From the NCBI GenBank assembly GCA_045645145.1, contig JAZRIG010000040.1:4320-68319 (forward strand): a stretch of 64,000 nt of DNA, written 5' to 3'. The position numbers and the translations under genes are program-made. This DNA is from Acutalibacteraceae bacterium. GTDB taxonomy: Bacteria > Bacillota > Clostridia > Oscillospirales > Acutalibacteraceae. This document shows, one piece after another, positions 47,321 through 57,512 of the stretch; within the stretch, counting starts at the first letter, position 1, and each line of letters starts with the position of its first letter. Under the pieces are notes generated by a model, which did no database searches, had not been told where the DNA came from, and was given only the letters and a program-made list of their open reading frames with translations.

Positions 47321-48173
47321 TGTTACGAAGCCTCCTTTCAAGCAGGCTGACACCTTTTTGAAGAACAAGAACCATAACAAGATAAATCAGCGCAACTGTT
47401 ATATAGGGAATGTTCATGTTGTATGTGAAGCCGACAAGTGCATTTGCACCCTTCATCATATCCTTAACGGCAATGAAACTCGCAACCGATGTTTCCTTGA
47501 GCAAAACAATAAATTCGTTTGCTAATGTAGGAAGAACATTTTTAAGAGCCTGCGGAAGAATAATATAAACCATGGTTTGAACATAGTTGAAACCGAGGCT
47601 TCTGCCCGCTTCAAACTGACCGTTATCAATCGACATAATACCGGAGCGCACAATTTCCGCAACATAAGCACCGGAGTTAACACCGAATGCAATGACTGCA
47701 GCCATATTCTCATGAACTCCGGCCTTGCCGAGCCAAAGATAATATATTATCAAAAGCTGAACAATAACAGGTGTGCCTCTGAACACGGTTAAATATAACT
47801 TGCAAATCGAATTGAGAAATTTAAATTTGCCGGTTTTATCGTGAGTTGAACGTATAATTGCAACAACAAAGCCAAGTGCAAGACCAATAGCAAGCGCTGC
47901 AAGCGTTATTTCAATTGTAACAAGCAAGCCGTCGGTTATGTGCTTATAGTTATCGTTCTTGATAAGAACATTGTAAACATCATCCTTAAGCTCATTAAAA
48001 GCCTGAACGATATTATCTTTCAGTTCAATAAAGAAACTGCCTATGCCGCCCGTTTCCTGAGCGGTTTCCGCAGCGGAAGCAAATGCCGGGAAAGCAAAGC
48101 TTGCAACCAACACGGCGCAAACCGCTATAACCAAGGCTGCAAACGTTTTATTAGACATTTTGAAATCTCTCAT
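47310..48173 (-). CDS. Polar amino acid ABC transporter permease
   Basis: [35 protein letters not shown]. Confidence 0.93.
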   Translation of the reverse strand: MRDFKMSNKTFAALVIAVCAVLVASFAFPAFASAAETAQETGGIGSFFIELKDNIVQAFNELKDDVYNVLIKNDNYKHITDGLLVTIEITLAALAIGLALGFVVAIIRSTHDKTGKFKFLNSICKLYLTVFRGTPVIVQLLIIYYLWLGKAGVHENMAAVIAFGVNSGAYVAEIVRSGIMSIDNGQFEAGRSLGFNYVQTMVYIILPQALKNVLPTLANEFIVLLKETSVASFIAVKDMMKGANALVGFTYNMNIPYITVALIYLVMVLVLQKGVSLLERRLRNSDH

Positions 48174-48212
48174 GCCTTATTCTGCCTTTCAAAAGTATTC
48201 ACAAATCAAAAA

Positions 48213-48240
48213 TTAAGGGCAAGCGAAAGCCTGCCCTTAA
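48213..48240 (-). other. Intra-operon stem-loop between binding-protein and permease genes (mRNA stabiliser or partial terminator)
   Basis: TTAAGGGCA...TGCCCTTAA inverted repeat. Confidence 0.6.
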
Positions 48241-48258
48241 CGCTTTAACAAAATCAAC

Positions 48259-49011
48259 TTATGCGGGGATATACTTGTTAACGATTGCATCGATTGAGCC
48301 GTCTGCGGTAAGCTCTGCAAGAGCGACATTAATCTTTTCAAGAAGCTCTGTGTTTTCTTTTGCAACTGCAATTGCATAATCTTCGTCAGCATAAGCTGTT
48401 TCGAGAATTGTAAGGCCTTCATTAGCTTCAACAAAAGCCTTTGCGGGCTCGTTGTCGATAATAACAGCGTTAACTATGCCGCTCTGGAGAGCTGCAACGG
48501 CAGCAGCACCGTTGGTATATCTCTTAACATTTTCTTCGCCGTAATCTTCGCTTGCATAAGCGTCGCCTGTTGTTGCTTCCTGAACGCCGATAAGCTTGCC
48601 TGCAAGGTCATCAAGAGTTGCAATGTCTGAGCCTTCCTTAACAATAACAACCTGAACGCCCTTTGCGTATGTTGTTGAGAAGTTAACATGCTCGAGTCTG
48701 TCTTCTCTTACTGTCATGCCTGCCATGCCGATGTCAACAACGCCGTTCTGAACTGCGCTGATGATGCCGTTGAAGTCCATATCAAGGATTTCAAAATCCA
48801 TGTCAAGCTTTTCAGCGATAAGAGCGCCTACTTCTGCATCAATGCCGACAATCTTGTCACCCTCATAATATTCATAGGGAGGGAATGCCGCATTTGTGCC
48901 CATGATAAGCTTTTCTCTGCCTGTGTCTTCCTGACCGCCGCAAGCATAAAGAAGGGTTGCCGAAAGAGCAATTACCATAACAATTGCAAGAATTTTAACA
49001 AGTTTTTTCAT
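48259..49011 (-). CDS. Polar amino acid ABC substrate-binding lipoprotein
   Basis: Lipobox LYAC; GTNAAFPPYE, GID, SBP family 3 motifs. Confidence 0.93.
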   Translation of the reverse strand: MKKLVKILAIVMVIALSATLLYACGGQEDTGREKLIMGTNAAFPPYEYYEGDKIVGIDAEVGALIAEKLDMDFEILDMDFNGIISAVQNGVVDIGMAGMTVREDRLEHVNFSTTYAKGVQVVIVKEGSDIATLDDLAGKLIGVQEATTGDAYASEDYGEENVKRYTNGAAAVAALQSGIVNAVIIDNEPAKAFVEANEGLTILETAYADEDYAIAVAKENTELLEKINVALAELTADGSIDAIVNKYIPA

Positions 49012-49134
49012 TATGTTTACCTCCGTTGTTTTAACTGGATATTTTTATTATAACATATAAAAGAAAAAAGTAAAGTATTTTTGTATTTTTATAATAAAAA
49101 ACTCAAATTCATCCGTTCTTTGACGGATATTTAT

Positions 49135-50010
49135 TCAGTTTAGCTCGAGTTGCTGCATAACTTTCTTGAAATCCTCAGGATATGAAGCTTCAAACTCCAT
49201 TTTTTCGCCCGTTACGGGGTGTTCAAAAAAGCATCTTCTGCAATGAAGAAGCTGATGCCCGATTTCGGGCATAAAATCGCCGTACATCGTGTCCCCTGCA
49301 AGCGGATGACCGGTAAATGCCATGTGAACTCTGATTTGATGAGTTCTTCCCGTTTCAAGTCTCAGACTCAGCAAAGTTGCCCCGTCAAAGCTTTTTTCTG
49401 CTCTCCAATTGGTAAAAGCCGGTTCAATGCCAAGCTCATGGGAACATGCGCGCAAAGTTTTCATCGGGTCAGGGCGATAAATAGGAACATCCACCCTGCC
49501 CTCACCCTTTAATTCGCCTTGAACAAGTGCCGAGTATTCTTTTTCAATTTTGCCCGAAAGCTTGCAGGCTGACAGCGGATTAACTGCGCAAACCACAAGC
49601 CCGGACGTTCCCTTATCAAGCCTGCCGACCGCTCTGAAAGCAACGCTCTTGCCTTTCTTGGTAAGATAAGCGGTGACGGCATTTGCAAGGGTATCACCCT
49701 GATGATTGTGGGTCGGATGCATCGCCATAAAAGGCGATTTGTTGATAACAAGAATGTCATCATCCTCATAGATGATATCAATTTCCGTTTCGGTAACCTC
49801 GGGCAAAGTGTCGTCATCCGGAATTATCACGCTGATTACATCATCGGTTTTTATTCTGTCAATAGTTCTGGTCGGTTCACCGTTGCATTTAATTGAATAT
49901 TTGACCTTACGCATAAGTCGGGACGAAAAGCCGCAATAACCGCGCAGAAAATGAACGGTTTTTCTTCCGTCATATTCCGCAGGCACGGTGTAATCTATAT
50001 TTCTCGGCAT
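49135..50010 (-). CDS. RluA-family pseudouridine synthase
   Basis: RLDKGTSG, LETGRTHQIRVH, GHPLAGD; ATG 50010 after GGAGG. Confidence 0.92.
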   Translation of the reverse strand: MPRNIDYTVPAEYDGRKTVHFLRGYCGFSSRLMRKVKYSIKCNGEPTRTIDRIKTDDVISVIIPDDDTLPEVTETEIDIIYEDDDILVINKSPFMAMHPTHNHQGDTLANAVTAYLTKKGKSVAFRAVGRLDKGTSGLVVCAVNPLSACKLSGKIEKEYSALVQGELKGEGRVDVPIYRPDPMKTLRACSHELGIEPAFTNWRAEKSFDGATLLSLRLETGRTHQIRVHMAFTGHPLAGDTMYGDFMPEIGHQLLHCRRCFFEHPVTGEKMEFEASYPEDFKKVMQQLELN

Positions 50011-50129
50011 TTTTATCCCTCCTTTTACTGATGTTGAACAGTATAGCATGTTTTCGAGTTTTTGTATAGCAAAATATGTTTACAAACAAAAAAACTCATG
50101 GTAAAATAATGAAATCAAGGAGGTTTATT

Positions 50130-51008
50130 ATGAGAAAACTTATTGCTCTTTTTATATCAGCATCAATGCTGTTCCTCTGCGCTTGTTCGGGCCAGAGCGA
50201 AAAAATTGAAGAAACAACAACACCAGTTACCGAAACCACTATAAAATACAGCACGGACTGGCGTTCTGCACCGCTGCCCGATAATTTTCCCTCTCCGCCC
50301 GAAAAAATGCATGATTTTTATTTTTCAACCGGCAAAGGCAATGAATCGGGTGCGGGATACCGCTCGGATTGGGTAAGGCTCGTTTTTACCTGCCCGGAAA
50401 GTGAATTTTATCTGTTCTCCAACAAATTCAGCGAAAACGGATATATCGGCGGATTTAAAGACATACCAAAAGATGCAACCTATTATCCCGTTGGCTTTAA
50501 CGGCAGTTGGCAGGACGGTGAACATCTTGTGCATATAAATAAAGCTATTGAAAAAGAAAACGATGAGATAACTTTTACGATTGATATTTGCGAATGCACA
50601 GACAACTTTCCCGAAGAATTAACCGCAATTTTTCCGAAATTTGACGGATATTCAAGAAACGGCGGAAAATACGGTTATCTTGAAGCTGACGGCACAATAT
50701 CCGAAACCTACTCAAAAGACTCAAACAAAGAAAAATGGTATTGGGATTTCGGATTTAGGGATGCCTTTGTCGGAGTCACTTTGGAAGAGTTTGAAGCATA
50801 TCTTCAAACTCTTGTTGAAGCATATTTTGCAGGTGAAAGCTCTGCACATTACGTTGACGGTTGCACGGTTGTTTCTGCAAGTTTGGTTAAAGAAGTCGGT
50901 GAAGATGTTTACGGTGTTTTTATGGTATATAATCAAGTCACCAAAACTCTTGATATATTTTATACAAACTACATTGAATTTGTTGTAGGGATAGAAACAG
51001 AAGAATAA
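50130..51008 (+). CDS. Hypothetical lipoprotein
   Basis: AGGAGG RBS, lipobox LCAC, Thr-rich linker. Confidence 0.75.
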   Translation: MRKLIALFISASMLFLCACSGQSEKIEETTTPVTETTIKYSTDWRSAPLPDNFPSPPEKMHDFYFSTGKGNESGAGYRSDWVRLVFTCPESEFYLFSNKFSENGYIGGFKDIPKDATYYPVGFNGSWQDGEHLVHINKAIEKENDEITFTIDICECTDNFPEELTAIFPKFDGYSRNGGKYGYLEADGTISETYSKDSNKEKWYWDFGFRDAFVGVTLEEFEAYLQTLVEAYFAGESSAHYVDGCTVVSASLVKEVGEDVYGVFMVYNQVTKTLDIFYTNYIEFVVGIETEE

Positions 51009-51010
51009 TA

Positions 51011-51040
51011 AAATGCCGGCTCTTAAGTGAGCCGGCATTT
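51011..51040. terminator. Bidirectional terminator
   Basis: AAATGCCGGCTC-ttaagt-GAGCCGGCATTT. Confidence 0.85.
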
Positions 51041-51045
51041 GTTAT

Positions 51046-52719
51046 TTAACAAGGTGTTATCTCATAGAATATAACTCCGTTTGCATTGAGCGAAGTGTCA
51101 ATTTTAAGCACGGAATTTTCAACCGTACCTGTTACGACAACCGGCTCAAGGCGGGAGCATTCGGCATACTTCGAGCGAAGCTTTGTAAAGTATATTTCTC
51201 TTGCTGCCTCGTTTTTCAAAGTCACATAAGAATCAATTTGAGGGTCATCAGGCGACCAGCCAAAGCAATCATCACCGATGCCGTAAGTTTTTCTGTCAGC
51301 AACCCACTCATCGAAATAGTTGCAGCTGTCATCAACGGTATATGCCTTAATACTAACATTTTTACTGTCAAACTGAGGTGCATTTATCTCCAAACTGAGG
51401 TCAACGTTTTTATCATAATCAACATCATTCTTGAAGTTATAGACCATCATACGAAGAGTGTTTGTTTCTTCATCAAAAGCGGCAACCGTTTCAACCTGAG
51501 CATCATACAAAACTCCGTTCTTGGTTTTTTCAACCGCAGCTCTCTTTGCGCCCGCAAACGCAGAAATATTTTTTGCAACATGCCAGCTGACGGTCGGGTT
51601 TCCGTCAAACAAACCGCCCGAAAGATAGCCCCAGGCCGAAAAATAATCTCCGCCGCAATCGAAAAGCTGTTTATATATGCGTGCATCATAAGCCGCCTGA
51701 TAAGTATAGCCAACCACTCTGGTCAAAAGCTGATTATCATCCGCTCCGCTTGAGTTGCCGCAAAGCAGCCTTCCCTCATCAATTCCGAAAACCAAGCCTT
51801 TAAGGCCTGCTTTATCTGCGCAATTGCGCAAATAACCGATTGTCTTGGGCAAGGTTTTTCCGTCGGTATATTTGCCCGGTTCAGCATCATAAAAAGATGC
51901 GGAAAGGAAGCAAATTCTTGTCCCTTTCTTTCCGGTTTTGTAATTTGTTCCGTTGGCGCAATGCTCTATGAATATTTTTTCATCCCACAAGCCCTCTGTA
52001 ACCGTCATTGAGTGAGCACCGACAAAAACATCCGCTCCTATTACATCCTGCAAAGCAGCAACCGTGTAGTCATAAAGCTTGCAGTAAGCAACTGCCGAGC
52101 TTTCGGGAGTTTCGTCAACCGCCATAAACCAATCGGCGTTTTCGTATTCTGTCATAACTCCGAAGCGCCATTTGAGAAGCTCTTCCCTGCCGAATTCATC
52201 AACAAGAGCCTGAGCCATTGCAGCCATATAATTATAATAAACATCATAATCATCGGGCGGATATCTGTTGGTACCGAAAGATTCGCTGAACTGTGCGAGA
52301 GAAGAATATTTGAGAGGAACGCTGCCGAGTTTTAAATGCGGCTTTGCTCCGAGTTTAACAATTCCTCTGCAGTTTTCAATCAATGGGAGGAAATCGTAAT
52401 CGTCAAGCACCTCAAAATTATATGGGTCAACAAACAAATCTCTTGTGCCGTTGCCGCCTGTGCATTGCATAAACTGAACATATTCAACAAAATCCGCAAT
52501 ATTATATTCTTCATTGATTCTCAGATTAGTGAACTGATCGCTTGATTTCATATCCCAGATGTTAACGTTGCTCACAACATTTGGCAAAGCATCGCCAACC
52601 TGAGATGCATCAATTTTAAAGCTGTAGTCATTAACGGTATCTCCGCAAGAAAAGACGATACCAGGTAAGGCTATCAGTAACGAGAATAAATATGAAAAAA
52701 AAGTTAAAACCGCATTCAT
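51046..52719 (-). CDS. Divergent GH39-like (clan GH-A) exported glycoside hydrolase
   Basis: YPPDDYD.Y...A..LVDEFG.EE..KWRFGVMTEY resembles the GH39 PP.D...YG..EV..W.FEVWNEP block; candidate nucleophile in GIDEG. Confidence 0.55.
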   Translation of the reverse strand: MNAVLTFFSYLFSLLIALPGIVFSCGDTVNDYSFKIDASQVGDALPNVVSNVNIWDMKSSDQFTNLRINEEYNIADFVEYVQFMQCTGGNGTRDLFVDPYNFEVLDDYDFLPLIENCRGIVKLGAKPHLKLGSVPLKYSSLAQFSESFGTNRYPPDDYDVYYNYMAAMAQALVDEFGREELLKWRFGVMTEYENADWFMAVDETPESSAVAYCKLYDYTVAALQDVIGADVFVGAHSMTVTEGLWDEKIFIEHCANGTNYKTGKKGTRICFLSASFYDAEPGKYTDGKTLPKTIGYLRNCADKAGLKGLVFGIDEGRLLCGNSSGADDNQLLTRVVGYTYQAAYDARIYKQLFDCGGDYFSAWGYLSGGLFDGNPTVSWHVAKNISAFAGAKRAAVEKTKNGVLYDAQVETVAAFDEETNTLRMMVYNFKNDVDYDKNVDLSLEINAPQFDSKNVSIKAYTVDDSCNYFDEWVADRKTYGIGDDCFGWSPDDPQIDSYVTLKNEAAREIYFTKLRSKYAECSRLEPVVVTGTVENSVLKIDTSLNANGVIFYEITPC

Positions 52720-52730
52720 ACTGTTGCCCC

Positions 52731-53789
52731 TTAAAGAATTACTTCTCTGCCGGTTTTTGCCGATTCATAAATTGCAGAAAGTATTTTTATCATATCAATA
52801 CCCTGTTCGGGAACAAAAACAGGCTCTGCGCCTTCAAGAACATCAATGAAATGGCTGATATTAACCTTGTGGGCAATAGGTGTTTTCTTACCCTTGACCT
52901 TTTTATTTAACTGACGGCCCTTTTCTTCATAGAATATCTCCGCTTTTCCGTCAATCCATTCAAGGCCGGCTTTATCGCCCCTGAGTCCAACAAAACGATA
53001 TTCTTTTCTTATGTTGGAAGCCCATGAGAACTCAATTTGAAGCACCGCGCCGTTATCAAATCTGATAAGGCCCATGGCAAGGTCCTCAACATCGAATGTG
53101 CCGTCCTCAATCTTATCGCCGAATTTTGCTTCGGGAGAGTCAACCGAATCATTGTCTGCAAACTTGCTGAAGGTGTTGCCGCTGACGCTCACGGGCTTGG
53201 GGTTGCCCATAAACCAGATTGCAAGGTCAATCATGTGAACTCCAAGGTCAATCAGCGGGCCGCCGCCTGACTGAGCCTTGGTTGTGAACCAGCCGCCCTT
53301 ACCGGGAATGCCTCTGCGGCGCACCCAGCCGCATCTGCCTGCATAAATCTGACCGAAACCGCCGTCCTCTGCAAATTTCTTGATTTCAAACGAGGTTCCG
53401 AAGTAACGGTTATTACGGATAACCATAAGCTTTTTGCCGTTCCTTTCGGCAGCTTCTTTCATTTTGAGAGCTTCTTCAACGCTGACAGCATCAGGCTTTT
53501 CGCAAAGGACATGCTTGCCCGCATTGAGAGCATCAACCGCAATAATCGAATGAAGATAATTCGGTGTGCAGATATCAATATAATCGATTGTTTCATCCTT
53601 TAACATTTCTTTGTAGTCTGAATAAGTTTTTGCGGAATGGAAGAGCGTTTTTTTTGCAAACTCGGCTCTTTCGATCTTTATATCGCACAGACCGACGATC
53701 TCCACCCGCTTTTCAAGCAGATATGACGGAAAATGCGCACCCTTGGCAATGCCGCCGCAACCTACCACGCCCACTTTGTATGTTTTCAT
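52731..53789 (-). CDS. Gfo/Idh/MocA-family oxidoreductase
   Basis: GCGGIA, CTPN..H, GKHVLCEKP, GGGPLIDLGVH. Confidence 0.92.
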   Translation of the reverse strand: MKTYKVGVVGCGGIAKGAHFPSYLLEKRVEIVGLCDIKIERAEFAKKTLFHSAKTYSDYKEMLKDETIDYIDICTPNYLHSIIAVDALNAGKHVLCEKPDAVSVEEALKMKEAAERNGKKLMVIRNNRYFGTSFEIKKFAEDGGFGQIYAGRCGWVRRRGIPGKGGWFTTKAQSGGGPLIDLGVHMIDLAIWFMGNPKPVSVSGNTFSKFADNDSVDSPEAKFGDKIEDGTFDVEDLAMGLIRFDNGAVLQIEFSWASNIRKEYRFVGLRGDKAGLEWIDGKAEIFYEEKGRQLNKKVKGKKTPIAHKVNISHFIDVLEGAEPVFVPEQGIDMIKILSAIYESAKTGREVIL

Positions 53790-53808
53790 TGTTTTTCCTC
53801 CTCATAAA

Positions 53809-55221
53809 TTAAAAATATTCATGTAAAACTATTGTTGTTATGCTTCTTGACGGCAGTTCAACATATTCGGAAAACTCGTCAGAATAAATCAGCTCACAGT
53901 TTTTTGCAGAATCCGTGCGATGAATATCCATCGCTTTCCAACACCCGAAAAGCTTTATGTTTTGGTCAGTTTCTGCGTTATTCACAAGCACCAAAACCGT
54001 TTTTCCATTGCCTTTGAATGCGGTTGCGGCAAGCTGTGACTTGTCCTCAAAGCTGTCCTGAACATCGATTCGAATCATTCCGCTTTCAATGAACTGCGAA
54101 AAATGCTTGTAAGCATAATATCTGTTATAAATGACAAGCTCGCCGTCTTTCAGTTCCATAAGGCCGTCGCCGTTAACGGCTGTCCAGCTTTGCCACGAAA
54201 CGGCATTGAGCAGGTTCAAATCCTGAATAATAATATTTGCCATGTAAATTCCGCTGTCGATTGTTGTTGAATCAATGGTCAGCGGCAATTCGCACCATTC
54301 GCTCATTTCAAGCTTTTTATCGGGATATTCATTTTTGAACTTCTCGCCCGCGGCAGCTTTAATATCAAGCTTGTTATCAAGCCAATAACTGTGGCCTGCA
54401 TAGGTGTCGCAAAATTCATTAAGAATTTTGCTTGCAAAGAATTTGTCTATGTATTCATAATATCCGGGCGAAAGCTCGCCGCTTTCGGGCCCGCTGAGTT
54501 CATAAGGCGAATTGCGTTTCTTCATCTCAAGAGCAAAAAGCTCAAGCACCTCAACGGTTTCGTCGGCCGAATAGTGACAGCCCTCCTGGCCAACCCAATC
54601 GCCGCCCCATTTCCATTGCGGCTCGTTAATCGGCGATATTGCTGTTACGGGATATCCCTGAGCAACAAACCAATCGGCAATGGTTAAAACATAGTCAACA
54701 AAAGCTTGGTAATTTTCTTTAGGAAGATTTGATGCATATTCCGTCAAACCGCCCGAAGCCTGTCCGCTGACCGTCATTGAATAATGCGGGCTGTTGCAAA
54801 AAAGTATCACTTCTTCCGCGCCATATTCGACCGCCAAATCGAGCATTCTTCTTGCATTCGCATCGCGGGTGAAATCATATTCATATTGGCCTGTTTCTTT
54901 GTTCAAAACATAAAAACTTTCGGTGCGCCTTGTAACATCCCAAATTCGGCAATCCGGATTATCCGCCTCACCGCCGCCGATGTTATAACGGTAGATATCA
55001 AGGCCAAGACCGGTTTTGTCATCATATAGAAGCCTTGCAATTTCACGGGCTGTTTCTTCGTTGTCTATCGTCTGCGACCACCAGGCCGAGCTTGTTCCGA
55101 AGGTTTCGAAGGTTTGATGCTCCACAAATTTGTTCACCCCTATCGTTTGAGTTTTATTATTTGTGAAAATATTGAAAGTCCACATCAGAAGCGTTGCAAG
55201 AATTACGCATATATATTTCAT
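53809..55221 (-). CDS. GH30 glycoside hydrolase (endo-beta-1,6-galactanase-like)
   Basis: GLGL.IYRYNIGGG, FCNSP, PINEPQW acid/base, HSYW, MSEW nucleophile. Confidence 0.85.
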   Translation of the reverse strand: MKYICVILATLLMWTFNIFTNNKTQTIGVNKFVEHQTFETFGTSSAWWSQTIDNEETAREIARLLYDDKTGLGLDIYRYNIGGGEADNPDCRIWDVTRRTESFYVLNKETGQYEYDFTRDANARRMLDLAVEYGAEEVILFCNSPHYSMTVSGQASGGLTEYASNLPKENYQAFVDYVLTIADWFVAQGYPVTAISPINEPQWKWGGDWVGQEGCHYSADETVEVLELFALEMKKRNSPYELSGPESGELSPGYYEYIDKFFASKILNEFCDTYAGHSYWLDNKLDIKAAAGEKFKNEYPDKKLEMSEWCELPLTIDSTTIDSGIYMANIIIQDLNLLNAVSWQSWTAVNGDGLMELKDGELVIYNRYYAYKHFSQFIESGMIRIDVQDSFEDKSQLAATAFKGNGKTVLVLVNNAETDQNIKLFGCWKAMDIHRTDSAKNCELIYSDEFSEYVELPSRSITTIVLHEYF

Positions 55222-55252
55222 TATGCTTTAAGACCTTTCCTGTTTTTCTTTC

Positions 55253-55281
55253 AGTTTAACATGAGCGAAAAAAAGTGTCAA
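55253..55281 (-). promoter_or_regulatory. Sigma-A promoter of GH30 operon
   Basis: Minus strand TTGACA-17 bp-TAAACT with extended TG. Confidence 0.6.
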
Positions 55282-55290
55282 TCTTTTATG

Positions 55291-55342
55291 TTGACAAAAT
55301 CGTGAGTTCTTGTTACAATTCATTTAACAATTAAGTTAAATG
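55291..55342 (+). promoter_or_regulatory. sdpRI promoter with palindromic operator
   Basis: TTGACA-17 bp-TACAAT (extended TG), then CATTTAAC-aattaa-GTTAAATG at 55321-55342. Confidence 0.8.
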
Positions 55343-55361
55343 TTAAATGTGAGGTGAGCAG

Positions 55362-55637
55362 ATGGGCATTCAAAACACATTAAAAGCTCTTGCCGATCCG
55401 ACAAGGCGCGAAATACTGAATATGCTGAAAAAAGGAACAAAATCCGCAGGCGAAATTTCAGAATGCTTTGATATAAGCTTCGCGGCAATTTCAAGGCATC
55501 TTTCCGTTCTGAAAGAAGCCGATTTAATCCGCGACGCGCGTGACGGAAAATTTATCTATTATGAATTAAACGCATCCGTACTTGAAGAAACTCTGCTTTG
55601 GATAACCAATTTGAAAGGAGAGAAAAACAATGATTAA
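55362..55637 (+). CDS. sdpR: ArsR-family autorepressor SdpR
   Basis: KALADPTRREIL, ISRHLSVLKEADL, GKFIYYELN; coupled to SdpI-like gene. Confidence 0.85.
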   Translation: MGIQNTLKALADPTRREILNMLKKGTKSAGEISECFDISFAAISRHLSVLKEADLIRDARDGKFIYYELNASVLEETLLWITNLKGEKNND

Positions 55638-56268
55638 AAAGAACTTGAAGCTTTTGATTTTTACATCAATAATCATTCTTCTGCCCATTCTTGCAGGCTT
55701 AATTTTATGGGATAAGCTTCCTGATGAAATACCCGTTCATTTCAATGCTCAAGGCATTGCCGACGGTTGGGCGGACAAAGGTTTTGCGATTTTCGGCCTG
55801 CCGTTGTTTATGCTGGCTGTGCATTGGTTTTGCACCGCTGTGACAGGTCTCGACCCAAAAAACAAGAACATCACGAAAAAGAACATGGGCCTTGTGCTTT
55901 GGATTTGTCCCGCAACTTCGCTTTTTGTGTGCGGAATAATTTATGCGTACACACTCAATTCAAAAATCAGCATCAGCACCGCATGCACGCTTTTCTTCGG
56001 CGTTTTATTTGTTGTAATCGGGAATTATATGCCCAAATGCAAACAAAATTATTCAATAGGAATCAAAATTTCGTGGACATTAAACGACGAAAAAAACTGG
56101 AATTATACACACCGCCTTGCAGGCAAGGTTTGGGTAATCGGCGGACTTTTTATAATTGCAACTTCTTTTTTAAATTGGGTATGGCTTTTTGCAGCAACAA
56201 CGATTATAATGATTGTAATACCCGTTGCAGGGTCATATCTCTATTACAAAAAGGAGAATAAAACATGA
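55630..56268 (+). CDS. sdpI: SdpI-family immunity membrane protein (DUF1648 + SdpI)
   Basis: LPDEIPVHFN..G.ADG, GNYMPK.KQNY.IGI...WTL....W..THR. Confidence 0.85.
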   Translation: MIKKNLKLLIFTSIIILLPILAGLILWDKLPDEIPVHFNAQGIADGWADKGFAIFGLPLFMLAVHWFCTAVTGLDPKNKNITKKNMGLVLWICPATSLFVCGIIYAYTLNSKISISTACTLFFGVLFVVIGNYMPKCKQNYSIGIKISWTLNDEKNWNYTHRLAGKVWVIGGLFIIATSFLNWVWLFAATTIIMIVIPVAGSYLYYKKENKT

Positions 56269-56705
56269 TTTACGATACCGCAAAAAATTTGAGAAATTAT
56301 TCAGCATTTAACCCCGCTTTTGAAGCAATTGCAAAATTTGTTGAAGAAAATGACATGAAAGCGCTTGAATGCGGCAGCTACAATGTTGCCGAAGGCATTA
56401 AGGTCGGCATTTCGGAATATGAGCCCGCAACCGGCGGCGACTACGAAGCACACAGAGATTATCACGATTTGCAATATGCAATCACAGGCGAAGAAGCAAT
56501 TGACGTGCTTCCCATTGAATTTGCTAAAGATTCAACAGGATATAAACCTGACATTGAGTTTTTCACTTCGCAAACCGCAGCCGCTACTCGTGTTGCCCTT
56601 ACCGAAGGCACATTTGTATTTCTTGCCCCGAATGATACGCACAAGCCCTGCATCAAGATGAACAGCGATAAAATCAAAAAGGCTGTTTTTAAAATTAAAA
56701 TTTAA
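56265..56705 (+). CDS. YhcH/YjgK/YiaL (DUF386) family protein
   Basis: EAHRDYHDLQY, Y..DIEF, P.D.HKP, KAVFKI. Confidence 0.85.
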   Translation: MIYDTAKNLRNYSAFNPAFEAIAKFVEENDMKALECGSYNVAEGIKVGISEYEPATGGDYEAHRDYHDLQYAITGEEAIDVLPIEFAKDSTGYKPDIEFFTSQTAAATRVALTEGTFVFLAPNDTHKPCIKMNSDKIKKAVFKIKI

Positions 56706-56709
56706 ACTC

Positions 56710-56751
56710 GCGTCACCTGTTGCTTAAAAAGTAGCAGGTGATGCTTTGTTT
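56710..56751 (+). terminator. Probable terminator of sdpRI-yhcH, within the 3' end of the opposite gene
   Basis: GCGTCACCTGTTGCT/AGTAGCAGGTGATGC stem with G-U pairs, then TTTGTTT. Confidence 0.5.
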
Positions 56752-57441
56752 ATAATAAGGAATAACAAACAGCGCAGGAATAACCGCTGCGCAAAGCAGA
56801 AACCATGGCATAAAACTGAGTTTAAACAAAAATATATCAGCAAGTTTATTTTTGGTTTTTCTTATGCTCTCTTCAATCGCCTGTGCAACGGTTAAATCCT
56901 TGAAACACGCGATATAAAACATCGCTTTTGAATATCTTTGGATAAACCAGAAATAAAAAATCAGTCCTGAAGAAGCAAGAGCAAAAGCGCCCGCAAGCAG
57001 AGCATAAAAAGCCTTCAGACTGAGTGCATTCCCGTCAACAAACGCAAACAATGCCCATGTGCCGAGAATCGGCAGAGCTTCAAACACAAGAAACCAGAAA
57101 AGCTTGAGTGCAAAGAGCGTTATGCACATTATGCAAGCTTTAAGCGCGCCTGAAACCCCGATTTTAACCCCATGAATCGGGTTGATACCTTTAGCCAGAA
57201 GCAAATGCCTTATTTCCAGCAGCAAGCAAAGCGGCCCTATTGCCGCAACTGCTGCAAACGGCGAAACAATAGCAAAAGCAATCAAAAAATATTTTTCGGC
57301 TGTATAAAAAAATATATTCATCGCCGCATTACACAGCGAAAACATAACCGACAAAAACATAACAGCTGTTACGAGAGTTATAATCTTTAATTGCGAGCCT
57401 GCCAATGCAGCTCTTGCGGAAAGCTTTATGCGAGCATTCAT
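56713..57441 (-). CDS. DUF975-like membrane protein
   Basis: AI..S....K....F...LSF..W........F..PY pattern; ATG 57441 after GGTGA. Confidence 0.7.
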   Translation of the reverse strand: MNARIKLSARAALAGSQLKIITLVTAVMFLSVMFSLCNAAMNIFFYTAEKYFLIAFAIVSPFAAVAAIGPLCLLLEIRHLLLAKGINPIHGVKIGVSGALKACIMCITLFALKLFWFLVFEALPILGTWALFAFVDGNALSLKAFYALLAGAFALASSGLIFYFWFIQRYSKAMFYIACFKDLTVAQAIEESIRKTKNKLADIFLFKLSFMPWFLLCAAVIPALFVIPYYKQSITCYFLSNR

Positions 57442-57450
57442 AAAATCACC

Positions 57451-57486
57451 ATAAAAATAAAATCGGGAGGTTTTAGCCTCCCGATT
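57451..57486 (-). terminator. Terminator after secreted lipase-like gene
   Basis: AATCGGGAGG/CCTCCCGATT stem with T-rich tails on both sides. Confidence 0.75.
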
Positions 57487-57512
57487 ATTTTTTATCCGCA
57501 AGTGCGTTTTAT

